From the NCBI GenBank assembly GCA_902535885.1, contig CACAVG010000002.1, positions 1-40,973 of the forward strand: DNA of 40,973 nucleotides, in the 5' to 3' direction. A program made the position numbers and the translations under genes. Every line of letters starts with the position of its first letter. The first letter of the stretch is position 1. Shown in pieces: positions 1-9,288 of this stretch. Origin of the DNA: an uncultured Alphaproteobacteria bacterium. GTDB taxonomy: Bacteria > Pseudomonadota > Alphaproteobacteria > HIMB59 > GCA-002718135. The notes beneath the pieces are model-generated. The model was not told the origin of the DNA. It saw only the letters and a list, made by a program, of their open reading frames with translations, and made no database searches.

Positions 1-1805
1 TTATTTTCAGATTGAAAAACAAATGATGGTATGGATTGAATACCAAAAATATCTGCTTTAATTTTGTTATTATTAAATATTTGTTTCCATTTAGATTTTA
101 TATTTCTACCTTTACTAGATACAATATCCCATGATTGTATTCTTTCCATTTCAGTTAGTGCTGATATTGCAGCAGTAGTTCCAATTCTCTCTGACCAAAA
201 AGTGCTACTAATAAAAGTAGTTTGAGCGGCTTGCATTATTTCTCGTTTTCCTAAAATTGCATTAATAGCATAACCATTGCCAAGTGTTTTGCCAAATATA
301 GCAATATCAGGTTCAACTTTAAATTTTTTATGAAGTCCTCCATAAGTTTCTCTAAACCCAGAAGTACATTCGTCAAAAATTAAAACAATATTTTTCTTGC
401 TAGCAAGTTTTCTTACTTTCACTAAAAAATCTTTTTTTGGAAGCAAATTTCTCATTACTTCCATTTTTATTACACCTATGTTTTTAGTTTTAACAATATT
501 TTCCAATTTATTATAATCATTATACACAAAAGGAAATACCGTTCCTTTTAATTTTTTTGGAACACCATCAATTTTTAATTCAGAAAGTAAGTGGGAATCT
601 AAATTTTTTTTATTTTGAATATTTGAAGATAGATACCAGTCATGCCAACCATGGTATCCACAAACCGCAATGTTATCTTTACCAGTTGCAGCTCTTGCTA
701 TTCTTATGGCTATTGCATTTGCCTCACCGCCTGATCTTGCAAATCGAACCATATGAGCCCATGGATGTATTGAAATTAATTTTTCAGCTAAAACTATATC
801 TTCTTTTGCATTTAACGTAGATAAATTACCTTTTTTAATAACTTCAAAAACTGATTTATCAATTTTAGCATTTGAGTAACCAAGTAAATTAGTACCCACA
901 CCCATATAGGCAAAATCTTGATAAGCTCTATTATCGATATCCCATACCTTACATCCTTTTGTTTTAGAAAAATATGTCGGCCATTTACCAGGTAAAAACA
1001 TTTCAGGTCTTTTAGATAAAATCATATTTCCACCAGGTATTATTTGTTTAGCTCTTTCCCATAATTTTTGACCATTTATAGTTTTTGATCCTAAATTTCT
1101 TATGGATGATTTTACTTTAAAAATAGAGGGATTTGCCTCAATGTACTTTAATATATTTTTATAGTTTGTATTTTTTTTATTTTTAAATTTAGTAAAAATA
1201 TTATTTATTCGAACTAAATCATCATAATTATCTAAGGTTATTCTATAATTTGAATAATCCTTTTTTAATAAATAATTAACTTTTTTAAAATTAGATTTTT
1301 TAATAATATAAGGAGTGACATGTTCTCTATAATTTTTCTTTCTAGAAAATTTATTTGCTTTCTCTAATGATATAAAATTAAAAATTTCTGCATCCATTCC
1401 ATCTGGAAAAGTTGGCTGCAAAGTGTTTGATGCATAATCTGCATTATTTTTGTTATAAATTTTAATTAAATTATCAACTATTTCACCGTCAATAAAAGGA
1501 CAATCTCCGGTAATTCTTACAATGTTCTTTGCTTTATATTTTTTTGCACATTTATAATACCTACTTAAAACGTCATATTCATCTCCAATAAAACACTCAT
1601 TTTTATGTTTTTTTACTGCTTTAATCAAATCTTCATTTAATATTTTATCTCCTGTGGCTACTACTACTTTATCAATATATTTTGACTTTTTTAAATTTTT
1701 AATAATGATATTTATTAATTTAACACCATTAAATTCTAAAAGGACTTTGTTATGTAGTCTGTTTGAATTTATTCTTGCTTGAATAATTGCTAGAAAATTT
1801 ATCAT
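1..1805 (-). CDS. Fusion protein: SpsF/NeuA-like sugar-nucleotide cytidylyltransferase (N-terminal ~230 aa) + class-III PLP aminotransferase (glutamate-1-semialdehyde aminomutase-like). The 3' end runs off the window.
   Basis: Absent from the ORF track because no stop falls inside the window. My minus-strand translation from ATG at 1805-1803 stays open to position 1 (601 codons). N-terminal part: MINFLAIIQARINSNRLHNKVLLEFNG...VRITGDCPFID...YRITLDNYDDL (CTP_transf_3/SpsF pattern). C-terminal part: IIPGGNMILSKRPE...FARSGGEANAIAIRIARAATGK...LIFDECTSGFRE...IFGKTLGNGYAI (class-III aminotransferase, PLP-lysine in FGK). Confidence 0.8.
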   Translation of the reverse strand, partial: MINFLAIIQARINSNRLHNKVLLEFNGVKLINIIIKNLKKSKYIDKVVVATGDKILNEDLIKAVKKHKNECFIGDEYDVLSRYYKCAKKYKAKNIVRITGDCPFIDGEIVDNLIKIYNKNNADYASNTLQPTFPDGMDAEIFNFISLEKANKFSRKKNYREHVTPYIIKKSNFKKVNYLLKKDYSNYRITLDNYDDLVRINNIFTKFKNKKNTNYKNILKYIEANPSIFKVKSSIRNLGSKTINGQKLWERAKQIIPGGNMILSKRPEMFLPGKWPTYFSKTKGCKVWDIDNRAYQDFAYMGVGTNLLGYSNAKIDKSVFEVIKKGNLSTLNAKEDIVLAEKLISIHPWAHMVRFARSGGEANAIAIRIARAATGKDNIAVCGYHGWHDWYLSSNIQNKKNLDSHLLSELKIDGVPKKLKGTVFPFVYNDYNKLENIVKTKNIGVIKMEVMRNLLPKKDFLVKVRKLASKKNIVLIFDECTSGFRETYGGLHKKFKVEPDIAIFGKTLGNGYAINAILGKREIMQAAQTTFISSTFWSERIGTTAAISALTEMERIQSWDIVSSKGRNIKSKWKQIFNNNKIKADIFGIQSIPSFVFQSEN

Positions 1806-1960
1806 AATTTAAAATAATAACTTATATTAATTCGATATAAGTAGTAAGTTTTATTCGATAATTATTAAAATATTTATTAAAATATAATTTTCAATAATTT
1901 ATATATTTTTCCAAAATCAAAAGATTTATTTTTTAATTAAAGATTTTTTTATATTTTTTT

Positions 1961-2037
1961 TGGTAGCGGAGGAGGGATTTGAACCCCCGACATCACGAAT
2001 ATGAGCCGTGCGCTCTGACCAACTGAGCTACTCCGCC
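1961..2037 (-). tRNA. tRNA with CAT anticodon. Elongator tRNA-Met, or tRNA-Ile2 if C34 is lysidinylated.
   Basis: Minus strand reads GGCGGAGTAGCTCAGTTGGTCAGAGCGCACGGCTCATATTCGTGATGTCGGGGGTTCAAATCCCTCCTCCGCTACCA. Cloverleaf: 7-bp acceptor stem (G1-U72 wobble), D arm GCTC/GAGC, anticodon stem CACGG/TCGTG, loop CT-CAT-AT, T arm GGGGG-TTCAAAT-CCCTC, encoded CCA. Confidence 0.9.
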
Positions 2038-2049
2038 AAAGATTGAATT

Positions 2050-2385
2050 TTAAACACTAAAAGACTCTCCACATCCACAAGTACTTTTTTCATTTGGATT
2101 GTCAAAAACAAATCTAGAAGCTAGTTTATCTTCTCTATAATCCATTACTGAACCTAATAAAAACATTGTAGCTTTTGGATCAATTAAAACTTTTGCTCCA
2201 TCTTGATCAATTATTTCAAAATTTTTAAATTCAGATGATTTACCAAAATCTAATTTATATGCATATCCACTGCAACCAGTCTTATCTACTCCAATCACAA
2301 CAGAGTCCATGCCATTAGGAGCGTTGGACATTATTTTTTTAATTTGTTCAGTTGCCTTTGAAGTTATAGATAAAATGTTATTCAT
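2050..2385 (-). CDS. sufA: A-type Fe-S cluster carrier (SufA/IscA/ErpA, HesB family)
   Basis: SITSKATEQIKKIM...GCSGYAYKLDF...C-terminal CGCGESF cysteine motif. I prefer the internal ATG at 2385 (MNNILSIT...) over the track start at 2424, which overlaps the upstream gene. Confidence 0.85.
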   Translation of the reverse strand: MNNILSITSKATEQIKKIMSNAPNGMDSVVIGVDKTGCSGYAYKLDFGKSSEFKNFEIIDQDGAKVLIDPKATMFLLGSVMDYREDKLASRFVFDNPNEKSTCGCGESFSV

Positions 2386-2404
2386 AAACTTATTATAAAT
2401 TAAA

Positions 2405-2791
2405 TTAAAAAATATCCAAAGCAAGTTTTGCTTCTTCGGACATTAAATCTTTATGCCACTTTGGATACCAAACTAAAGTAACTTCTATAGAATTTAGGTT
2501 TGATAATTTTTCAACTGATTTTCCTACACTTTCAGGCATAGTTCCTGCAACAGGGCAATTTGGATTAGTTAGGGTCATTTTAATTTTAATGTCGTTATTA
2601 TCATTAATCTTGATTTCGTATATTAAACCTAAATCATATAAGTTGACTGGTATTTCAGGATCAACGACAGTCCTAATGCACTCTATGACTTGTTCTTCAT
2701 TAATTTTGGAGGTGAAGTTTGAATTGTTTAATTTTTTTATATAACTTGTGTTTTTGTCTGGTAAAAAATCTTTTAGTTGTTTTTCTTCCAT
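2405..2791 (-). CDS. SUF-associated DUF59 (SufT/PaaD-like) Fe-S assembly protein
   Basis: VVDPEIPVNLYDLGLIY...TLTNPNCPVAG motif typical of DUF59. Sits between sufS and sufA. Confidence 0.8.
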   Translation of the reverse strand: MEEKQLKDFLPDKNTSYIKKLNNSNFTSKINEEQVIECIRTVVDPEIPVNLYDLGLIYEIKINDNNDIKIKMTLTNPNCPVAGTMPESVGKSVEKLSNLNSIEVTLVWYPKWHKDLMSEEAKLALDIF

Positions 2792-2794
2792 TAG

Positions 2795-3991
2795 TTATAA
2801 TAAGATTTTTGTTATTTCATGAATACTGTCTACTAAATAATCAACATCATCTTTTGTATTGTATACTCCAAATGAAATTCTAGAAGTTCCAGTAATATTA
2901 AAATGTTTCATAAGAGGTTGGCAACAATGATGTCCAGTTCTTATTGCTATATTTTTTTTATCTAACATTGCACCTAAATCAGAATTATGTACTCCTTCAA
3001 TATTAAAAGAAATGATTGCACCTTTATTTTTATTTGATCCATATATTTTAATATTATTGAATTTTGAAAGTTTTTCATAAGCATAATTATGAAGTTTCAT
3101 TTCATGGTCATAAATAACATTTGGATCAACTTCATTCATGAAGTTTAATGAAGAAGAGAAACCTATAACTGGTGCAATAGGAGGGGTACCTGCCTCAAAT
3201 TTTTCGTACCCATTTGCATATGTGCTTTTATCAATATCTACATCATGAATCATTTGCCCTCCTCCTTGGTAAGGAGTGAATTCATCTATCCACTTATCTT
3301 TCATATACAGCATACCAAGACCTGACGGGCCATACATTTTATGTGCAGAAAAAACATAAAAGTCAGGATCTAAATCTTTTAGATCAACTTTTTTGTGAGG
3401 AGCAAATTGACAACCGTCCAATAATATCGGTATATTACTTTTTTTTGCAATTTCTTTTACTTTATCCAAATTAGTTATTGATCCTGTAACATTTGACATA
3501 TGGGTTAATGTAATTAATTTAGTTTTTGAATTAATTTTATCATTTAATTCATCATAATTAATCTCACTATTTTCGTTTAGCCCTAGAGGAATAATTTTTA
3601 TCTTTTTTTCAATTAGATGCCAAGGTATCAAATTAGCATGGTGTTCAAGATAACTTAAGATTATTTCGTCACCGTCTTCTAAAAATCTTTTAGACATACA
3701 AGAAGCGATTAAATTTATACCCTCAGTAGCACTTTTAACAAAAATAATATTGTTTTCAGATGAATTTAAATAAACTGCAACTTTTTTTCGAACATCTTCA
3801 AATTTTTTTGTTAACTTAGAACTTAATTCATAGTTACCTCTGTGAATATTTGCATATTCATTTGTGTAACAGTTATTGGTGGCTTCAATCATTTCATCAA
3901 CTTTTAATGCTGAAGCTGCGGTATCTAAAAAAACTAGATTAGGATTTTTTTTGAATACGGGAAATCTTGATTTTAAATTTGAAATATTCAT
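2795..3991 (-). CDS. sufS: Cysteine desulfurase SufS (class V aminotransferase, group II)
   Basis: FLDTAASALK, SAHKMYGPSGLG (PLP-Lys), RTGHHCCQPL active-site Cys loop. ATGA overlap with sufD. Confidence 0.93.
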   Translation of the reverse strand: MNISNLKSRFPVFKKNPNLVFLDTAASALKVDEMIEATNNCYTNEYANIHRGNYELSSKLTKKFEDVRKKVAVYLNSSENNIIFVKSATEGINLIASCMSKRFLEDGDEIILSYLEHHANLIPWHLIEKKIKIIPLGLNENSEINYDELNDKINSKTKLITLTHMSNVTGSITNLDKVKEIAKKSNIPILLDGCQFAPHKKVDLKDLDPDFYVFSAHKMYGPSGLGMLYMKDKWIDEFTPYQGGGQMIHDVDIDKSTYANGYEKFEAGTPPIAPVIGFSSSLNFMNEVDPNVIYDHEMKLHNYAYEKLSKFNNIKIYGSNKNKGAIISFNIEGVHNSDLGAMLDKKNIAIRTGHHCCQPLMKHFNITGTSRISFGVYNTKDDVDYLVDSIHEITKILL

Positions 3992-5214
3992 TTCACTTTA
4001 CTTAAGTATCTTACTAGTTTCTTTTGTATTATTTCAGACATTTGTTGATTATCAATACTACTTAATTCTTCATTAATAAATGATGATATCAATATTTTAG
4101 TTGCTGCAATTTTACTCATACCTCTAGATCGAAGATAAAAAATAGCATTTTCATCTATTGGTCCAATTGTAGAACCATGACTGCATTTTACATCGTCAGC
4201 GTAGATTTTTAATTCCGGTTTAGAAAAATATGATGCATTTTCAGATAAAAGTATCCCTTTACTTAGCTGATATCCCTCTGTTTTTTGTGCTACTTGATCT
4301 ACATGGGTGTTACTGAAGTAGGTTGCTTTGGCACGATCATTTAAAATACCTTTATAAACTTGATTACTTTTACAATCCTCAGCTAAATGCTTAACAAATG
4401 TTTTGTTATTACAAATGTTATTATCTTTTAGAAAAAATATTCCTTGTAAATCAGCTTCTGAGTTGGTTTCTATTAGTTCAGAATAATGAAAATTTCTTAC
4501 GTAACCTTCTGAAAAATTATATACTTTTTGAGTGTAATTAGAATCTTTTTTGCATGTAGAATGACTTGTTATTATTAAATTATGGTTAGGAGAATTATCT
4601 TGTATTAGAAAATGATTTAACTGAGAATTTTTTTCCAATTTAATTACATTTAATAAATTTGATGTAGAGTTATTTTTATTTTCATATTCTTCAATAAGAT
4701 TTAGGGATGATCCCTCTTCACAAATATAATTATTTTTTTGAAAAATAGTTAAATCATCATCAGTTATAATGTTTGATATTTTGATTTTTATATTATTATT
4801 TTTTTTTACAGTAATCTTAAAACCACTATTTAAAAATAATGAATTTAGATTTACAAAATGATCATTATGTTCAATTGTATCATTTTTAGAAAAATCATTG
4901 TAATCTTCGTCTAAAATTTTAGTAATTTCAATTTTATCATCTTTAAAACTCGAACACTGTCCATTTACAGATACTATTGTATAACTATTTTCCTGATTTT
5001 TGTTTATTACTGATGTTTCTTCAGGGATCAGATATTTATACTTAAAATCAATAAAGTTTTTAAGATTTATATTTTTGATACTTTCATTATTTTTTTTATC
5101 AAATCTATCATTTTCAAAAATATTTATTAATTTTTCTCTATGAGTTTCAATATCTTTGTTTTCTGAAAAAAAAATATTTTTTTTATTTTTTAGATAATTA
5201 TCTTGGATATTCAT
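3988..5214 (-). CDS. sufD: Fe-S cluster assembly protein SufD
   Basis: C-terminal SKPELKIYADDVKCSHGSTIGPIDENAIFYLRSRGM matches the SufB/SufD beta-helix signature. Position between sufC and sufS. Confidence 0.88.
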   Translation of the reverse strand: MNIQDNYLKNKKNIFFSENKDIETHREKLINIFENDRFDKKNNESIKNINLKNFIDFKYKYLIPEETSVINKNQENSYTIVSVNGQCSSFKDDKIEITKILDEDYNDFSKNDTIEHNDHFVNLNSLFLNSGFKITVKKNNNIKIKISNIITDDDLTIFQKNNYICEEGSSLNLIEEYENKNNSTSNLLNVIKLEKNSQLNHFLIQDNSPNHNLIITSHSTCKKDSNYTQKVYNFSEGYVRNFHYSELIETNSEADLQGIFFLKDNNICNNKTFVKHLAEDCKSNQVYKGILNDRAKATYFSNTHVDQVAQKTEGYQLSKGILLSENASYFSKPELKIYADDVKCSHGSTIGPIDENAIFYLRSRGMSKIAATKILISSFINEELSSIDNQQMSEIIQKKLVRYLSKVK

Positions 5215-5954
5215 TACTGAAATTTTTGAAATCCATCTTTTTCTATTTCAACAGCAATTTCAGATCCTCCTGATTTAACAATAGAACCATTTACCATAAC
5301 ATGTACATAATCTGGTTTAATATAATCCAAAAGTTTTTGATAATGAGTAATGATTAAAAATGAATTATCTTTTGTTTTGAGTTTGTTTACTCCATCTGTA
5401 ACAATTTTAAGAGCGTCAATGTCAAGTCCAGAGTCAGTTTCATCTAGAATAGCTAAATCTGGATTAAGAATGCTCATTTGTAATATTTCGTAACGTTTTT
5501 TTTCACCTCCAGAAAATCCTGTATTAACTGATCGTTTAAGCATATCAATATTTATACCTAAATCACTAGCTTTAGATTTTAAAAGCTTAGCAAATGATAA
5601 ATTATCAATTTCATCTTCGTTCATACGTTTTCTTTTTGAATTAATTGCAGAATGTAAAAAGGGAGTGATATTTACTCCCGGTATTTCAACTGGGTATTGA
5701 AAAGCCAAAAACATTCCTTCTTGTGCTCTTTCTTCAATATTTAAATCAAATAAATCGTTATCTTTGAAATTAATTTTGCCATTTAATATTTCGTAATCCT
5801 CTTTACCAGCTAAAACGTTTGCTAATGTGCTTTTACCACATCCATTTGGACCCATAATTGCGTGCACTTCACCTTTATTAATATTCAAGTTAAGCCCTTT
5901 AAGAATATTTTTATTTTCAATTTTTACAGATAGATCTTTGATTTCTAAAAACAC
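5214..5954 (-). CDS. sufC: Fe-S cluster assembly ATPase SufC
   Basis: Walker A GPNGCGKST, signature FSGGEKKR, Walker B LAILDETDSGLD. GTG start. TAATG junction with sufD. Confidence 0.95.
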   Translation of the reverse strand: MFLEIKDLSVKIENKNILKGLNLNINKGEVHAIMGPNGCGKSTLANVLAGKEDYEILNGKINFKDNDLFDLNIEERAQEGMFLAFQYPVEIPGVNITPFLHSAINSKRKRMNEDEIDNLSFAKLLKSKASDLGINIDMLKRSVNTGFSGGEKKRYEILQMSILNPDLAILDETDSGLDIDALKIVTDGVNKLKTKDNSFLIITHYQKLLDYIKPDYVHVMVNGSIVKSGGSEIAVEIEKDGFQKFQ

Positions 5955-5955
5955 A

Positions 5956-7407
5956 TTACCCTACACTTCCCTCAAGAGAAATAGATACAAGCTTTTGTGC
6001 TTCAACAGCAAATTCCATTGGAAGTTCTTGTAAAACTTGCTTGCAGAAACCATTAACTATTAATGAAACTGCTTCTTCATGGCTTAAACCTCTTTGTCTG
6101 CAATAATAAAGTTGGTCTTCATTTATTTTAGAAGTCGAAGCTTCGTGCTCAATAACTGCAGTGTTATTTTTTGAATCAATATAAGGAACTGTGTGAGCTC
6201 CACACCTATTTCCTACTAACAAAGAATCACATTGAGTATAATTTCTTGCCTTATCTGCTTTTCTTAAGAAAGAAACCTCTCCTCTGTAGGTATTTTGAGA
6301 TTTACCAAGAGAAATACCTTTTGATATTATTTTACTTTTGGTATTTTTACCAATGTGAGTCATCTTTGTCCCTGTATCAGCTTGTTGAAAATTATTTGTT
6401 ATTGCTACAGAATAAAATTCACCAATAGAATTATCTCCTTTTAAGATACAACTAGGATATTTCCATGTAATAGCAGAGCCAGTTTCAACTTGAGTCCATG
6501 ATATCTTACTATTTTTACCTGCACAAAGACCTCTTTTAGTGACAAAATTGTAAATTCCACCTTTGCCATCTTCATCTCCTGGATACCAATTTTGGACAGT
6601 TGAATATTTTATTTCTGCATCCTCTAAAGCAATTAATTCTACATTAGCTGCATGTAATTGATTATCATCTCTTTTTGGAGCAGTACAGCCTTCTAGGTAA
6701 CTAACATAACTACCTTTATCTGCAATAATTAGAGTTCTTTCAAATTGGCCAGTATTTTCTGCATTAATTCTAAAATAAGTTGATAGCTCCATTGGACACT
6801 TTACACCTTCTGGAATGTACACAAATGATCCATCAGTAAATACAGCTGAGTTTAATGCGGAAAATGAATGATCTCCAGCTGGTATAACTGATCCTAAATA
6901 TTTTTTTATTAAATCAGGATGTTTTTGAATTGCCTCTCCTATAGAACAAAAAATTATACCAAGTTTTTCTAATTCACCTTTATAAGTGGTTGCAACTGAA
7001 ACACTATCAAACACAACATCAACGGCAACGCCTGCTAATACTTTTTGCTCCTCTAGAGGAATGCCAAGTTTATTGTATGTCTCTATAAGTTTTGGATCTA
7101 CTTCACTTAAATCTTTGGGCTTCTTCTCAAAACCTTTTGGTGCTGAATAATAGTAAATATCTTGGTAATCAATTTCAGGAAAATTAAGGTTCGCCCATTT
7201 TGGTTCTTTCATTTTTTTCCATTTTGAAAATGCTTTTAGTCTCCATTGAAGCATCCAGTCTGGTTCTTTCTTTTTTAAAGATATAAATTTAATAGTATCT
7301 TCGTTTAGCCCTTTTTTTGGCTTTTCATTATCTATGTTAGTTACAAAACCATATTTGTACTTATTTTTACTATAAGAATCTAAAGTGTTTAAAGTTTCTG
7401 AATTCAC
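5956..7407 (-). CDS. sufB: Fe-S cluster assembly scaffold SufB
   Basis: 483 aa, highly conserved blocks: [64 protein letters not shown] start. Confidence 0.95.
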   Translation of the reverse strand: MNSETLNTLDSYSKNKYKYGFVTNIDNEKPKKGLNEDTIKFISLKKKEPDWMLQWRLKAFSKWKKMKEPKWANLNFPEIDYQDIYYYSAPKGFEKKPKDLSEVDPKLIETYNKLGIPLEEQKVLAGVAVDVVFDSVSVATTYKGELEKLGIIFCSIGEAIQKHPDLIKKYLGSVIPAGDHSFSALNSAVFTDGSFVYIPEGVKCPMELSTYFRINAENTGQFERTLIIADKGSYVSYLEGCTAPKRDDNQLHAANVELIALEDAEIKYSTVQNWYPGDEDGKGGIYNFVTKRGLCAGKNSKISWTQVETGSAITWKYPSCILKGDNSIGEFYSVAITNNFQQADTGTKMTHIGKNTKSKIISKGISLGKSQNTYRGEVSFLRKADKARNYTQCDSLLVGNRCGAHTVPYIDSKNNTAVIEHEASTSKINEDQLYYCRQRGLSHEEAVSLIVNGFCKQVLQELPMEFAVEAQKLVSISLEGSVG

Positions 7408-7486
7408 AATACTTCATCTAATTCATTAATTGAAAAAATCTAGTTAATTCAACAAGAATTAAGCAAATTTAGAACCGATTTTAAAT

Positions 7487-8581
7487 TTAAGCGGTAATCC
7501 AACCGCCACCAAGTAATTGGTCATTTTTATAAAAAACACAAGCTTGTCCAGGAGAAGTTTTATCTAATTTTGTTTCAAATGTAAAAGTTCCTTGGCCACT
7601 TTCTATATCAAGAATCCCTGGTAAATCTTCTTGAGTTGATCTTATTTTTGCAGAACAATCGAGTCCTTTAGGAAGAATATTACCTCCTAACCAATTGATA
7701 TTTTTAAAATTAATAACGTTTTTCTTCAATTTTGCTTTTGTGCCTAAAGTAATTGAGTTCTGATCTTTATTAATATCAATTACGTATAAAGCCTCTTTAG
7801 AACCACTAATACCAATACCTTTTCTTTGACCAATTGTGTAATTACTAATACCTTGATGAGTACCAATAATATTATTTTCAACATCATAGATTATGCCTTT
7901 TTTGTTCACGCTCGGATTTAAATTATTAACAAGATCTCTATAAGAGTCAGATGTTACAAAACATATATCTTGGCTATCAGGTTTATCGCTAACACTTAAA
8001 CTATATTCTTTTGCTAATTGTCTAATTTCAGATTTTTTATAATCACCTAATGGGAATCTCACGTAATTTAATTGCTCTTGTAATGTTGAAAAAAGAAAAA
8101 AGCTTTGATCTTTAGTAAAATCTTTCGCTTTATGTAAACTTGCATTGTTTAATGATCCTCTTCTTATAGCATAATGTCCCGTAGCAAGTGCATCAGCACC
8201 AATTTTTTTTGCCTCATTAAGTAAATCTGAGAATTTTACTGTCTCGTTACACTTAACGCAGGGTAAAGGCGTTTCACCTTTTGCGTAAGAATCAACGAAA
8301 TTACTAATTACTCCATCGAAAAATTTACCTTGATAATCTAAGACTAAGTGTTTGAAATCATTTTTTAGAGCAACATTTTTCGCATCTTCAATATCAATAC
8401 CAGCACAACACGATTTACTCTTAGACATGTTAGAATTATTGTATAATTTTAGTGTAATGCCAATTACATCATAACCTTGTTTTTTTAGCATAACAGCAGC
8501 AACTGAACTATCTACGCCACCAGACATAGCTACAACAACTTTTGTGTCTTTTTCTGACTTATCAAAACCAAGAGAATTCAT
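7487..8581 (-). CDS. mnmA: tRNA 2-thiouridine(34) synthase MnmA
   Basis: PP-loop VAMSGGVDSSVAA, CCAGIDIEDA, PCVKCNETVKF, KDQSFFLF, C-terminal PGQACVFY. Confidence 0.93.
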   Translation of the reverse strand: MNSLGFDKSEKDTKVVVAMSGGVDSSVAAVMLKKQGYDVIGITLKLYNNSNMSKSKSCCAGIDIEDAKNVALKNDFKHLVLDYQGKFFDGVISNFVDSYAKGETPLPCVKCNETVKFSDLLNEAKKIGADALATGHYAIRRGSLNNASLHKAKDFTKDQSFFLFSTLQEQLNYVRFPLGDYKKSEIRQLAKEYSLSVSDKPDSQDICFVTSDSYRDLVNNLNPSVNKKGIIYDVENNIIGTHQGISNYTIGQRKGIGISGSKEALYVIDINKDQNSITLGTKAKLKKNVINFKNINWLGGNILPKGLDCSAKIRSTQEDLPGILDIESGQGTFTFETKLDKTSPGQACVFYKNDQLLGGGWITA

Positions 8582-8637
8582 ATATTTAAAACATCTATAT
8601 TTACAAAATCATATAACTTCAATATTAGCTTTATCAA

Positions 8638-9282
8638 ATGGTAGACATATTAATTCCTGGCCCTGAAGGTAAAATAGAAGCTAAATATTCTCATAATAAT
8701 AATGATGATTCGCCAACAGTTATATTATTACACCCTGATCCATCTAAGGGAGGGACTATGCATACTAAAATTATATTTAAAATGTATAAAATTTTTATTA
8801 AAGCCGGTTTTTCTACGGTGAGATTTAATTTTAGAGGTGTTGGTAAAAGTGAGGGATTTTTTGATGATGGCGAAGGAGAATTAAGCGATGCAGCATGCGT
8901 TCTAGATTGGCTTCAACAATATAATACAAACTCAAAAATTTGTTGGGTAGCAGGGTTTTCTTTTGGAGCCTGGATAGCGATGCAACTTTTAATGAGGCGT
9001 CCAGAAATAAATGGTTTTGTGAGTGTTTCCCCTCCAGCCAATTTAAGAGATTTTAGTTTCTTAGCTCCTTGTCCTTCATCTGGTTTAATAATACATGGAG
9101 ATAAAGACAACATTGCTTCATATGATTCCACTAAAATACTTGTTGAAAAACTTCAACAACAAAAAAAAGTAAATATAAAATTTCGACAAATAAAAGGAGC
9201 TGATCATTTTTATGAGAACTACTCAAGTGAATTCGAAAATTCAATTAATGAATACATAAGTGAAACAATTAATACAAAATAA
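8638..9282 (+). CDS. Alpha/beta-fold hydrolase (COG2945-like)
   Basis: Nucleophile elbow GFSFG, IIHGDKDN and GADHF catalytic-triad context. Substrate unknown. Confidence 0.7.
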   Translation: MVDILIPGPEGKIEAKYSHNNNDDSPTVILLHPDPSKGGTMHTKIIFKMYKIFIKAGFSTVRFNFRGVGKSEGFFDDGEGELSDAACVLDWLQQYNTNSKICWVAGFSFGAWIAMQLLMRRPEINGFVSVSPPANLRDFSFLAPCPSSGLIIHGDKDNIASYDSTKILVEKLQQQKKVNIKFRQIKGADHFYENYSSEFENSINEYISETINTK

Positions 9283-9288
9283 ATTATA

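Noticed and set aside
1-1805. An apparent 1.8-kb region with no long ORF in the track (only the 87-aa plus-strand ORF 557..820).
   Set aside because: The minus strand holds a continuous 601-codon frame with clear cytidylyltransferase and aminotransferase motifs. The track missed it because its stop lies outside the window. ORF 557..820 is an antisense shadow.
1961-2037. The tRNA(CAT) as an initiator tRNA-fMet.
   Set aside because: It lacks the three consecutive G-C pairs at the base of the anticodon stem (the stem is CACGG/TCGTG). It also has a paired G1-U72 end rather than the C1xA72 mismatch. Elongator Met or Ile2(CAT) is more likely, and the sequence alone cannot separate those two.
2386-2424. 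N-terminal extensions given by the track for sufA (2424), NDUFA12-like (21909), DUF2155 (21608) and the S49 peptidase (28227).
   Set aside because: Internal ATGs (2385, 21873, 21566, 28212) give N-termini matching family norms and remove or reduce overlaps. The extensions are hydrophobic or odd sequences without homology-like features.
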